From Chlorokybus atmophyticus (lineage: Eukaryota; Plantae; Mesostigma and Chlorokybus algae): a stretch of 64,000 nt of DNA. Both the position numbers and the translations under genes were made by a program. Position 1 is the first letter of the stretch; every line of letters begins with the position of its first letter. The notes beneath the pieces were generated by a model. It was not told where the DNA came from. It saw nothing but the letters and a program-made list of their open reading frames with translations, and did not search any database. The DNA lies in NCBI GenBank assembly GCA_009103225.1, contig RHPI01002503.1, positions 118,391 to 182,390 of the forward strand. Reading direction: 5' to 3'. Below are positions 24,247-36,132 of the stretch, piece by piece.

Positions 24247-24417
24247 CTCTTCCAACTTCTTCTCACACCTCCTTTTCTCCTCTTCCTGCCTTTCCCACTC
24301 TTACTTCTCTTTACCCTCCTACTTCTCCTCGCTCGGCTGCTGCTCTATCTCCTCCTCCTTCTCCTCTTCCTCCGCCGCCGCCGCCGCCTGCACCCGCAAC
24401 AGCAACAACTCTCATTG

Positions 24418-24504
24418 GCGGCAAAAGTGCGGGACTGCAGTTTGAATATTTGAACTCAACAACCGAACGGAACACAATCACGGAAGTTCTGCTCTCCGAA
24501 ACGG
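24418..24504. promoter_or_regulatory. Cluster of cell-cycle-type cis motifs at the 5' end of thymidine kinase
   Basis: E2F consensus TTTGCCGC on the minus strand (24418-24425), TTTGAA twice (24441, 24449) and the MSA core AACGG twice (24466, 24500). These are short motifs and function is inferred. Confidence 0.35.
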
Positions 24505-25899
24505 ACGTTCCGTGATCAACACCGTAAAGCGCGGCGTGCCTTCAGACACACCTTCGGACACTGTCGCAGCCTGCGACAGGCAATCGGCCGCAAATGCCTG
24601 TATGACGCTGCACGATATCCCGCGGCAAGCGACACGGCCAAACTGAGGCTGGTTACATTGGACGCGTTGCCGCGCTTCTGTTGGTGTGGCAAACTGTTGT
24701 TATGGTCCATAACCACTGTGAGAGGGTCTTGTTCGCTTTTCCCGACTGACATTGACATCGTATTGGTTAAGTATTGGGACATTAGAAGCTCGGTTCGCGC
24801 AACTTCGACCGGAGACGAGGCGCAGAAGTTATCCTGTATGTCGCTGCTGCTTGCGTAAAAGCATGAATGTTGTCACTGCATTTGCGGACGTGGAAAGCTG
24901 CTGCTTGCTACGTGCTCCTCAGCGGAGGTGTGCAGAGCAGAGGAGGCAAGGTGGTGGTGGTGGTGGTGCAAGTCGCTGGCGTTGTCGTCCTCCTCGTCGT
25001 GGGCGTCGCCGGAAGGGACATCAGGTACGTTTGTGTCGTGCAGGCATGCCTGATTGTCATCCCTGTGATGTTGCTTGGCGATGATCCAAGGCGAGCTTGC
25101 TGGTGCAAACTAGCAGCTGTCATGTCCGTACGTGCTGCTGCTGGCTCCCATAGCAGGCCTGCCCTGCTTGTCTGTGCTGTCCATTGCGCTTTCCTTGAGA
25201 TCAAGTCTTCGAGCAAAGCTGCCAGCTGTGTGCTGGCTTGCTGTCATGCAATTCGACGTCTCTGAGGTCGTTTGGTTTGCTGCTGCTGGTCTGGTTGCTG
25301 AACGTGGGGTTGAAACCTTGGTCTAGGGTGGGAAGGATGCTAGTGGCTTGTTTGCCTGAGGATGTGTGCAATTGCGCAATGCATTGCTGTGATGTGATGC
25401 TGCATCTTTCCGCCTCCCTTGCCCCGAGCCCTTGCCTGCTCGTGATGTAACGTCTGCTGCTTTTGGCCGATGCTGCTGCCAAAGCGCTGAGAACTGCACG
25501 AAACAGGGCTTACCCAACGCAATTGGGCAAGCTCTGCTGCTAATTGCTGATTCGCTGTGTTCCAGCAGAGGCATTGCCAGAAGGACGCTGCCAGCGGGTC
25601 TTTCTCTGCAGGTTGGCAGTCTTGACTTGGTCCATGCTCCAGCTGCATTGTAGCTTGGGTCAATGGGGTGACCACATTGAACGTGTGCATGGTTCCAGGC
25701 TGTAGACCTGTTTAAGTACTGTCATGCATGCTTGCTCAAGTTGTAAGAACAAGCCTGAAGCGATTCTAAATCTGTGGCGTCGCATGGCTGTTGGCAGGCT
25801 GTAGTACAAGCCGCTCCCGATTAGATCGTCGAGCAGTACGGCACTGAATCTCAAACTTCGTACAAATGGTATAGTAGCAGTCCTAGCCTAGTGTTGAGA

Positions 25900-27692
25900 A
25901 TGGACGCAATCTACCGCATAGTTAAGCGCAGGTTTATAGGCAGTAGTTCAGCGTCCGGTGACATTAGTATGATGGACAACTCCTCCACCAATGAGTACTC
26001 TTTGCTCCGATCTGGCAAACGGGTAGCGCGTGCTTTGGTCTTTGACAAGCCAACGACCGACGGAATGGTGACCTCACGCTCGTATACGGACTCGCCAACC
26101 TCACCTCTGCCTGGCGACCTCACCACAGACCTTTTCAGCGAACCCGATGAAGAAAACTGCGACTTGCTTGGCCTTCCCACAGAGCTGTTGACAACCCTCT
26201 TGGATAACATGGAAGTGAAGGACCTTGCTGCGACTGCTCAAGCATGCACTCGCCTCCGAACTCTTGCGTCTGCCGACCGGCACTGGCAGGTATGTACTCA
26301 TGTTGTTGGGTATGCATGCTTGCATGCAGCGCGCTTTGGGTTTCAAGGACAATCAAAGCGGTGTCAAAACCAATATTTTTCTTTTAGGCTTTGTTCATCA
26401 AGCGATGGGGCTCAATCACACCAACGCTTGAAGTTGCGGCGACTCTGGCAGGAAGTTGGCAGCAGCTCTATGCAGCCAAGCATATTGCAGAACGGGACTC
26501 TGCACCGTGGATCACGCCTTCTCGCCACGAGGTACACTTAGCTTTTGTCAAGTTGCTAGATTTGAAAGCAACTGATGCGATAGTGCCTTGGCTGCAGGTG
26601 GATGCCGTTGTTGAACGCATGAAGGGACCCAAGTGTGAGACAGGCTCCCAGGCCGAGCTCGTGGTGATCTTCCTTGTTGACGGCTCCGGTAGCGTCACTG
26701 AGGAGGACTTTTCCACAATGACACGCTTCTTGAAGCAAGCTGTAGAGTCCATAAAAGTGACACACGAGTTGGCCAAGGTAAATGCGGATGTTGCCAGCTT
26801 GCCCAGTGGCAACAACAGACTGACAGCTTTGTTCATTGCAGGTTGGAGTCATCCAGTTCAGCAATGAAGTCCGTATTGAGCTGGCGCCGCGCAACATCAC
26901 ACCTGCGGAGTTCGCCCAGGTACCACCGCGTGCTGGTGCAAAGTTAGCCAAGACTTCTCATCGCACATGACTCATGGCAGGTGGTTGATGAGATGGCGCG
27001 TATGAACGGCGGCACCAACATAGCGTCTCCTATTCGGTCAGTGCGTTGGCGTTGTAGTCTTGCCTATCATTGTGATTATGATCAGAGCCTTGCATCATGC
27101 TTGCAACGTTGTAAATTGGTCGCATGCATATGCTTCTTGCATGATGGTTGGTTCTTGTGTCTTAAACTGCCATGGCATCTGCAGCAAGGCAGAGAAGCTA
27201 TTGAGGGAGGGCATACCATATAATGCAACTCGCGTCATCGCTTTGCTAACAGACGGCCGCGTGGACTCCCATCAAGTTGGACATTGCAACATGCTGTCAT
27301 CATTGCATGTGCAGACAGGGAGTAGTGGAGACTGACAAATGCGCAATCCTCAGGCGCGCGAGGCTGTGGAGCGCGCAGAACGAGTGGCTGATGAGTTGGA
27401 GAACGTGTCTCTATTTGCATTCGGTGTAGGGCGCGGTGTGGATAAGGTTAGTGCTTCACTGTCATGAAGTGTCACATTTACAAGCAGTTACCTGCTGGTA
27501 CCCTTTAGCAACCTGCAGCATGGTGCAGTCGTGGGAGTATGCACACAAGAAGAGTTGCTAGTAACGCTTGACTGTTGCACCATGTGTTTGCAGGCAGAGC
27601 TCACACGCATTGTGAGTGCTGTTGATGGCAATAAGCATGGTGACAATGGCCGGTACTTGGGTTTGCGCACCCTTGAAGAAGCTCCATGGTAG
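25900..27692 (+). CDS. F-box protein with C-terminal von Willebrand factor A (vWA) domain
   Basis: F-box: LLGLPTELLTTLLDNMEVKDLAATAQACTRLRTLASADRHWQALF. vWA: VIFLVDGSGSV (DxSxS), VGVIQFS, NGGTNIA, IALLTDG, FAFGVG. Ends ...LRTLEEAPW* (TAG at 27692). Confidence 0.92.
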
Positions 27693-29461
27693 CTGTTGCA
27701 TTGCATTGCAAAGCGGGCAGTACGCGAAACGGCTTGGCAGGCCAATGCGACTGCTGAGTTTGCAGCGCCATGGATGAGATGCATTTGTAAGGACTCTTGT
27801 ACATAGTTATTCCGTTCACCGGCAGGCATCTGGTAGCATGGGCTGCTGGCGCCTGACCCCTTGTGCAGTGCGTTGTTTCTTCAGCTGTAAGTTCGTGTAG
27901 TTGCATGTAGATAGAGCTGCCGCAAGTTGTTCATAACTTCTGTCCTTATTGTCATCTGCATGTCCTGGTACACGACAGTTGCATGTGCACAACCACAGGA
28001 GACTGGGAACAGACACCGGTAAGACAGTCGTGCAGTAGCCACTTGGTTGCAGCCCACGCTCATCGTAATGCATGCGCATCAACATGCCAGGGCACTCCGT
28101 ACCAGCAATAAGCACAGGCACATCGGCTGGACGCCGGCATTGAGTCGTACAGGATTCTGACAAGGTGGATGCAGTGCTGACATTGGAGTAGGTGGCCCGG
28201 CGAGTGCTTCCGCTGTCGATGGCAAGGGTGGTGTGCTGTGGTGAATGCTGGCGTTCCCGCAATGGTACACAGCGTGTGATTATATCACAGCAGGTTGTCA
28301 CACCGCCAAACTGCGGGGTGATGATGTGCTGTGTGCGATGTTATGCTGGGTGTATAAGAGTATAGTAAGCTACATTAGCAGCATGCAAGGTGTCAAGCAT
28401 ACACAGCATCATGCATAGCAGCCAGCACACAGCACATGCAGTCGTCATGCTCACACCTTATACATGTGTGCATATTGAGCAGGTGGCATTGTGTACCCAT
28501 GTACATGTTTAGTTTGCTTAGGTTTGGTAGTGGCATTTCGTTGCAGGTGCGCTGGCATGCTGAGCTGTGGATACACATGCGTTAATATGTTGATGATGGC
28601 CTTTGACTTGACTAGAGAAACACTGGGCTACGACTCTATAAGTCACTTTGGCATGGCAATACTCCCCCCCCCCCCGGGGGGTGCGCATACAGTACATACG
28701 GATCTACACACGCCACACGCATAGACACATACACACATAGAAACACACGACCACAGAACGAGCATACACCTTTTGTACACCAACACATGCAGCACGCATA
28801 CCCATTCACGCACACGCGTAGAGCACTCACATGCACAGCACGTACAAATGCATGCCGTGGCGAGAGGACCTACTGCTAGCTCATCTGTTGTTGCGGATAA
28901 CTGCATTGAATTTGTGTGCTGAGAAAGTTATAGCAAACAAACAATTCTTTACACTGGTCGTTTCAGTTACCAGAATCTGCGTACCTGCGTTGTTACCATG
29001 CGAAAAAATAAGAGAATAAGTAAGGAGTGATAGTAGGCCAGCAGGTATGAACTCAACACAACCCAGTTTAAACAACAGGTACTTTAGTCTTTGTGCAGAC
29101 CTCTACACCCACAGCTACAACAACTGAGGGGAGCCTTCTCAGAAAAAACTTTCAGATGCACATATACATTACACCATGACCACCGTTCAGCCAGACTGCA
29201 CACGTCTGACAACATGGTCAGAAAACCGGCTACAAGTTTATGCATTTTTGGTAAACACCCTGCGAAGAGCACAGGAGAGGATCACTTCCTACCAGGTACA
29301 CATGCTACAGCAGCTCCATCACTGGCTGGGTGGCTATCCAGCATATACTCTGCACGGGCCCCCAAGGCCACCATGCGCGTACGGGTGGGGGGTATGTACA
29401 ATCCGTAAAAGCGAGACACGCATAGATACAGTAAGATCCATACTGTAAGCCCCATGCGCAC

Positions 29462-32400
29462 TCACAGGTTGCGCGTGTCTGTATCACGCAGCACGAAGAC
29501 TGTCTCCCAGTAGCGGAAACCAAAGTGCGCCGCAACTGATGCAATGGATGCAAATGAGAGGGCCCAAGCTTGCCCTGCAGCAGAACATAATGTTAGCAAT
29601 CCCAAAGGGCTTCTGCATATTGCTGACACACGAGCAACCATGCCATGACGAGCAAAGCATTATATGCTAATGCTGTTGCTTAATATGAGAGAGGCTCAAG
29701 GCTTACATGTTCCAGCCTCGGCGGCGGCAATCGCAACCAGAGCAAATGCCACTGCCAGACTTGTCGTCTGGGCAATCCGTACGTTGCGCAGCGCATCTCG
29801 GCAACTTTTGCAGTGCTTTGTATGCTGTAAGAAAAGGTGTAGACCACGCGTTCAGCCGACAGTCAGCACAAGAGCCGATGGTACAACAAGTAGATCAACC
29901 GGCTGAAAAAGAAACAATGTGTCCCGGTAGTCATACCGTGTGGTAGCGATCAAGGATTTGTTCTTTCGTATCATTGTGCAAGGGGGCAGGCCCGCCAACC
30001 CATTGAGGAGGCCCTGAATTCGCACGTCAGTGGTAATCTTATATACAGCATCAATAATAGTGACGCATAAGACAGGTACCTGCCATCTTGTGCCAACGAT
30101 CATACTGCAAGACACAAAGTAGAGTAAGTTGGGCAGCAGCAACAAGCATGCAACAAGCATGCAATTGCATGACCTGCTTGTGCAACCTTACCTGCACGCA
30201 CAGGCGATCACTGGGCGCCGGCATGTAGCACTCCCGCAAGTATTGTTTGCGGCGGTTTGTAGCTTCGAGGTCTCGCTCCTGAACATACACATGTGGTTAT
30301 GTGAGTTCAGAAGCGAAGCAAGTTAAGCACATCATTTTGGGTTCTCTCAACTTCGTCACATATTCATGTGCACATCTTGCTTCTGGGTTGCATGAGCTCT
30401 AGCAATGTTGTCCCAAGGCCCACATCAACGCCTGCATGAGAAGCAAAGTCTGGACAAGGACACGTACCTGCTGGACCAGTAACATGTCATCTGTGGTAAA
30501 AATTCCCGTGTGTTGCTGGTGCTCAAGCCACCTGGGAAGAAGCTGCGCAAAGACCAACTGAGCACTGATGGCCGCCCNNNNNNNNNNNNNNNNNNNNNNN
30601 NNNNNNNNNNNNNNNNNNNCCCCCCCCCCCCCCCACCACCACCACCACATCAGTACAAATAGACCAACAGTCACTGAGACTGCACATGAAAACGCTGAGT
30701 TGTGAAGCTGAGGGTGGCGGGAAAGGTTGATGACTCAATGATACCCAAACAACACAGGCAAACAAACACGCCATGCATCACTGTGACGCACATTTTTGAG
30801 TTGCTGGGGCCACCAGGTTGTTGTGTATGGTATACTGTCAAGGACAAAAACTCTGGAGCGCCCAACGGAGATTGGAGTGTAGTAGAGAGCCTGCATGAAC
30901 ACCAGACTCAGCGCAACCCAAGCCAAACATTTACATGGGCACCGTATTGTGTTTGCGTACCGAAAACATGAACACTTTTTTTTCATTGTCTGTTGTGTGC
31001 AGTATGTCGTAGCATTGAGGGGCACGGTAGTACTGGCTACTTGTTCCCATGGGCGCTTTCTGTGATAACAAGCCATTCTGTCAGCATGCCACAATGTTGC
31101 ATCATTGCGCACAACCCATGCATTGTATAACACATAAAAACCAGTAAGAGGGGTCTTTGAAAGGTTGAGGGTTGAGCCGTTTGTGCACACATTGACTGCA
31201 CATGCACGTGCATGTGTGCACACACATAGTTGTGCATATCTGATGTACATGCGTATACATGTGTTTGTGGCCCCGATACACATACATCAACTTCGTCTTC
31301 ACAACACGCGCTCAGGGAAAGTGCAGGTTGAACACATGCAATGCGTCACGCACCGATGCGGTTGCAAAACCCCGAATGGACACTGGCTCAGAGATCTCTG
31401 GTTCACGAGGTTTGAAGTTTTCTCGTCTGAAAGTCATGATGCCATGGTGCGCAAACCTAACCAACACGTTGCAGAATATATACAGTCATGTGAGCTCATG
31501 CAGCATGACAGTCACTTCAGGTTGAAGTTGTGCTCGCTGCATGCCTCGTACCAAATATGACTCAAGTCCAGCGTGTTGTCCCACAACAGATCGTAGCTGT
31601 ATGCAACGTCGCGCATGTACCACGCGTTGACAGATGCGTTGTACTCTGTGACAGCCTTAGGCAGCGGCACAGGAGTTGTGTCTGCCAGCTGCTTGGACTG
31701 GCTGTCCGGCCAAACCCACAACATACCCTACATTACAAGTCAGGGCAGCCCTTGAAAGTAGCTTCGTTCAACATGCAACAAACAATAGATGGCCCAACTC
31801 ACCAGCTCCTCTTTGATGGCCAGCGTAGTTGCGCATGCGCGTGGAGACGCCAACGGCGTTGTTTGACCTGCTTGTAATTGAGGAATGCGACTGCATAGCA
31901 CCGTGCGTTACTGATTGTCAAGAAAACAACTTGGCTCAGGCATGATAACTTTGTCGGCGTGCACGCAGCTGTGCAACCAATCGAGCACCTGCAGTTTCCG
32001 TCGCTTGCAAACTCCCAACCTGCGTGTCAATTATAGAAGTCAGTGCAACCGCAAGACAAGTCTACCCAATGTTTAGGTTACAGCACAGCGCCATCATGCA
32101 TGCAACCCAACCTCTGGTGAAGACTATCACAACTATTATGGTTGCACACGATGAGCCTCTCACCGTGGTAAGCGCATTGCAGCTGACCATTTTCAAGTCG
32201 GCCTTCGGACAGGCGAGCAAGCCGATGTGGGCACCTGCAATGACAATGTCAAGCGCTTGAACGGTGTGATTGGTGAACTAAACGAAAGTGCACAAGACGA
32301 CTGTGTGCTGATGGGAGCAGGCACACCTGTCATGGAACGCTCGCCATGCACCGCTGCCGTCGCGCCAAAGCACAATGGGCTGACCGAGAATGGTGAAAGG

Positions 32401-32758
32401 CGTCGGCTTTGCCGGGTCAAGGTCTTGCACAATCGCAACAGGATACCTGTTTGATGGCAGCCGTCACTCATGCATGCAACCCATACACATCACCATGAAA
32501 GGACATCAAGAAAACTTGGGCAAGCACGCACCAGTGCTGAAACCAGTTGAACTGTTCTTGCTTCTCCTCAGCGTGCGCTTCCTCCACAGCGACGTCCTTC
32601 TCAGGGGCGCTCACCACGGCGGTCGCTTGCACCGCAAGCGAACGACGAGTTGCTCGCAGCCGGCATGCAGAGGTGAAGGCGGCATGATGAGGATTGCGAG
32701 CAGCATTCTTGCTTGAGACACGGCAAGGGCTGCGCCGCAAATCTGGCGTAGCCTGCAT
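29462..32758 (-). CDS. Plastid Rieske non-heme iron oxygenase, PAO/PTC52/TIC55 (LLS1-like) family
   Basis: Transit peptide MQATPDLRR, then FNWFQHWYPVAIV, the Rieske motifs CPHRL...CAYHGW, the mononuclear Fe site DNTLDLSHIWFAHHG, PRWLEH, LDRYHT and HTKHCKSC, and a hydrophobic C-terminus ending ...DTDTRNL* (29462). Confidence 0.92.
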
Positions 32759-33800
32759 CCGTGCATTATGCTGGTCAGACTTGTTAACACCAAGCTTGAC
32801 GCACACATCGACACTCAACACGCATTACCAGGCCAGGCCTTACCGTGCTTGTCGTCGTCAAAGCCGGACGCAAGCATCTCGTCGTCGTCGCCAACACGGC
32901 ACTGCCAGCTGCCGCCATGCTTGCTGCTCACACAACTTGGTCCTAACACAGCTGTCTATCGTTCACTCCTCGTTCTACTCTTCTTTTCACGCAAACTGTG
33001 GACAAGACTAGAGCAGTCACTGTTTCCTTCAGGTAGTTACGCCTGGCAGCCGCAAGCCAAGCTGCTCTGGCTGCAGCAAGCCAAAGCAGCTGACAGGGCA
33101 AGTCAGCTACTCCGCAACCCTGCCGCAACCGTTCAGCGTAGCGTTGAGCTTGCCGACATGCTGGATTGCAGTAGCAGCAGCTTAACCAACCGCACCGTCC
33201 AATCTAAACCTGTATCAAGATCAGCACTTTCGTTGGCATTTAGCCTTATTGAGTCTTAATGTCCCGCCAACCAAACAAAGCTGACAGCATTACCAAGCCA
33301 GATAAACGGCGTGCTCTAGTGGACGCCACGTAAGCTGCCACCGCTCCGCCATGTAAGCGTAATCCAGGTCAAGCATTGTCCCAAACAGAGCAGGTTCCAC
33401 AGACCCCGAACGTCCTTGTGGCCGTAGGCTCCCGATCCCGGTCGGATCTGTACGACGTGGAGCGCTGCAGTGCGCTTATTGGCGAGGGTGCATTGACACC
33501 GCAAAATTCGCAATTCACCGCCAGTCCTCGCAGCTCGTGCGCTCTCAGTCGTCGGATGGCAGCTACGTTGGCGCGAGCCGTGCCAAAACTGCAGGACCGC
33601 GGTCAGCACCTAAATTGGACCCTTAGCTAGGCTCTAACCGCTACGTTGTAGAAATCTGCCGAGGAGCAAAGATATCACAGCAGATTGGCAGGGGGTAAGG
33701 CTTGCTTACGTTAAAGAAGAGCAGCTGCAGTTGACCCGAGGTGGAAAGGGATCTAACCACAGTGCGCATCTGTGTGTGAGGCAGGTGCGTGTGTGACAGC

Positions 33801-35657
33801 ATGGCGGCGGCGGCGGCAGCAGTGACGGTGTGGTCGTGCTCTTCGTCCTTGTCATCAACAGCGTCAGGGGCGTCGTGCAGCAAAGCTGTCGTTAGCAATT
33901 TTTCCAAGCACTCCAGGAGAGGGATTTCCTTCAGAGCTGGCAGTGTACATATCCACATCAGGGGTGCAGTGCAGACCAGGTGCGTGCTAGCTGACAGGCC
34001 AGCAGCGGCATCGGCGGCGAGGGCTGCGGTGGAGAAGGTCAGGGGTGACGACCTCGCTGACGTCGCTGTCGTCCGTGATGATGGGAATGGAGAGGCCACA
34101 CGCCAGAAGCTGGAGCAGCAGCTGGAGAGAAGCAGCGGCAGCAATGGTCAGTGACAAGCTCGCAGTGCACTGCAGCACAGTTCAACAATGAAGGATTGTT
34201 CTTGTGTGCGCTTGCTGCGCGTCATATAAATCTGCCTATACGCTGTCATGTGGCCTGCTGCAGTTGAGCTACATGGCACGCATCAGCATGACATCCCCCC
34301 CCTCCCCCCCTTGCTTGCTTGCCGTCATAGCCGCTTCACATGTCAACAGTAGAACTTGCAAGAGTGAAGACAGTGCGTCACTGCTATAGCTAACATATAC
34401 ACAGGCGCGCACAGCACAACGTCAACACAAAGCACTTACTGACATGCAGGACTGTAGCGCCTGAACACACGCGAGCGCGTGCGCGTAGATATGTGCTTGC
34501 ACCTCATGCACATTAACGCGCGCACGCACACACATAGTATCCTCTCTCACATTCTTCGCCCTGCCACAGCCTTGTCCATGGAGCCCGGTCTCTCCGCTTC
34601 CGACCTTGTCTCCACCCCCTTTCAACGACTGATAGTCGGCACGTCCTTCGGTCTGGCATTGCTGGTAGCTCTGAGGGGGGCGTATCACGACGGAAGGATC
34701 GAGATCGGACTCGGGACTGTCGCAGTCACGGTCGCGGCGTATGTGCTGAGTGACCTTGCGAGCGGGATATATCACTGGAGTGTGGATAACTATGGAAGCG
34801 GGGCAACGCCCATTGTGGGAGGACAGGTACGATGGGTCAAGTACTGATGTGATCTTGTGCTGAGTTTTATAGAGTTTATCTATGGAACACGCTGTCCAGT
34901 TGTCCAACCGTTGCAATACCAAGTCGCTTTACTCCAATGCCTTTTATGTAATTCATTTTGATGATCCCATGGGCTCATACACAACCAACAAGCGTTGTTG
35001 TCATGCGTGAGTTAGATTGAAATATCGGACTTTGGTAGTTTCATGTTGGTTTTGATCCTCCACAATGATTATGCGTGCAGTCTACATGGTTACACGCAAG
35101 GTCTTGTGGGAGCGGAGTTGGTGCAAACACCTGAGTGGGTGTTAGTTAGCCGCAAGTGGCTCACATGAGCATGTTGTGCCCGCGCGCAGATTGCGGCTTT
35201 CCAGGGCCACCACAAGTACCCCTGGACGATCACCCGTCGCCAGTTCGCGAACAACGTCCACAAGGTGTGCATCCCAACCATCCCCTTCCTACTGGCATTC
35301 CTAGCTCTCCCCGTCTCCAGCCCCGCCGCCAACACATTCATCGCCACGTTCGTGCCCCTCATCGTGCTGAGCCAGCAGTTCCATGCGTGGGCTCACTGCC
35401 GCAAGAGCGACCTCTCGCCTCCCGTGTTGTGGCTTCAAGACAGAGGACTTGTTGTGTCTCGCAAGGCACACGGCGCACACCATCGCCCGCCCTTTGAGGG
35501 CAACTACTCCATTGTCAATGGCATGTGGAACGACGTGTTGGATAGAAGTGGCACGTTCAGGCGGGCAGAGGAGTGGATTCATGCGAAGACTGGAGTAAGG
35601 CCGAGATGTTGGGATGATACGCCTGAACAGTGGCTGGAGGATAGCAAATCCTCATGA
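33801..35657 (+). CDS. FAD4: Fatty acid desaturase 4 (Delta3-trans-hexadecenoyl-PG desaturase; FAD4/TMEM189 family), plastid-targeted
   Basis: Three exons with a transit peptide. His motifs: SGIYHWSVDNYG, AFQGHHKYPW, QQFHAWAH, HGAHHRPPFEGNYSIVNGMWN. Confidence 0.93.
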
Positions 35658-36132
35658 GGAAGGAGGGGTGAATAAGGAGGAATTTGTGTTGTGGAGTGGT
35701 TGTTGCACTGGACAACGTGTCTGTATTTAGAGATATCGTAGTTTGTACATGTAGGGATTGGCAGAAGCTGATTGCAGGTAGAGTAGGGATTGCTGTTGTT
35801 TCAGGCCAGGAGCCTGTGTTTACTGATGCGCCCAAGTTTGCATCCCTGTGGTGCATTTGTCATGATCACAAGCAGCATTGGCAAAGTGACGTTGGTAGTC
35901 CACATCAGAAAAGCATTTCGACTATGCTTGGTTGCACATGAGTACGGTCCGACTGCGTTGTCGGTATAGTCACGTCCTAACTGCAGTCACGTGATGGCGC
36001 CTTAGTACCTAGAACAGCAGATCAAAAGCCAACACCCGTGCCTTTGTTGGCCTTCATTGACCTCAGATTGGCAAAACCAACGAACAGGACTGGCAAGGAT
36101 TTGCAAACAAACACAATCAATTAACAACCAAG

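Noticed and set aside
24301-24321. In-frame TAA/TAG as evidence of a TAR=Gln genetic code
   Set aside because: Several conserved genes in the window end with TAG or TAA at the homologous C-terminus (NiCoT, PDI, AMSH, SWC6), so the standard code applies.
29230-29410. CIFGKHPAKSTGEDHFLPG as a decayed HNH fragment
   Set aside because: There is only a partial resemblance, with no downstream N/CxxCN motif in frame and no gene structure.
32768-33259. 163-aa plus-strand ORF upstream of the Rieske oxygenase
   Set aside because: It lies in the promoter/5' UTR zone of the minus-strand gene, has no recognisable motifs, and is probably a chance ORF in GC-rich DNA.
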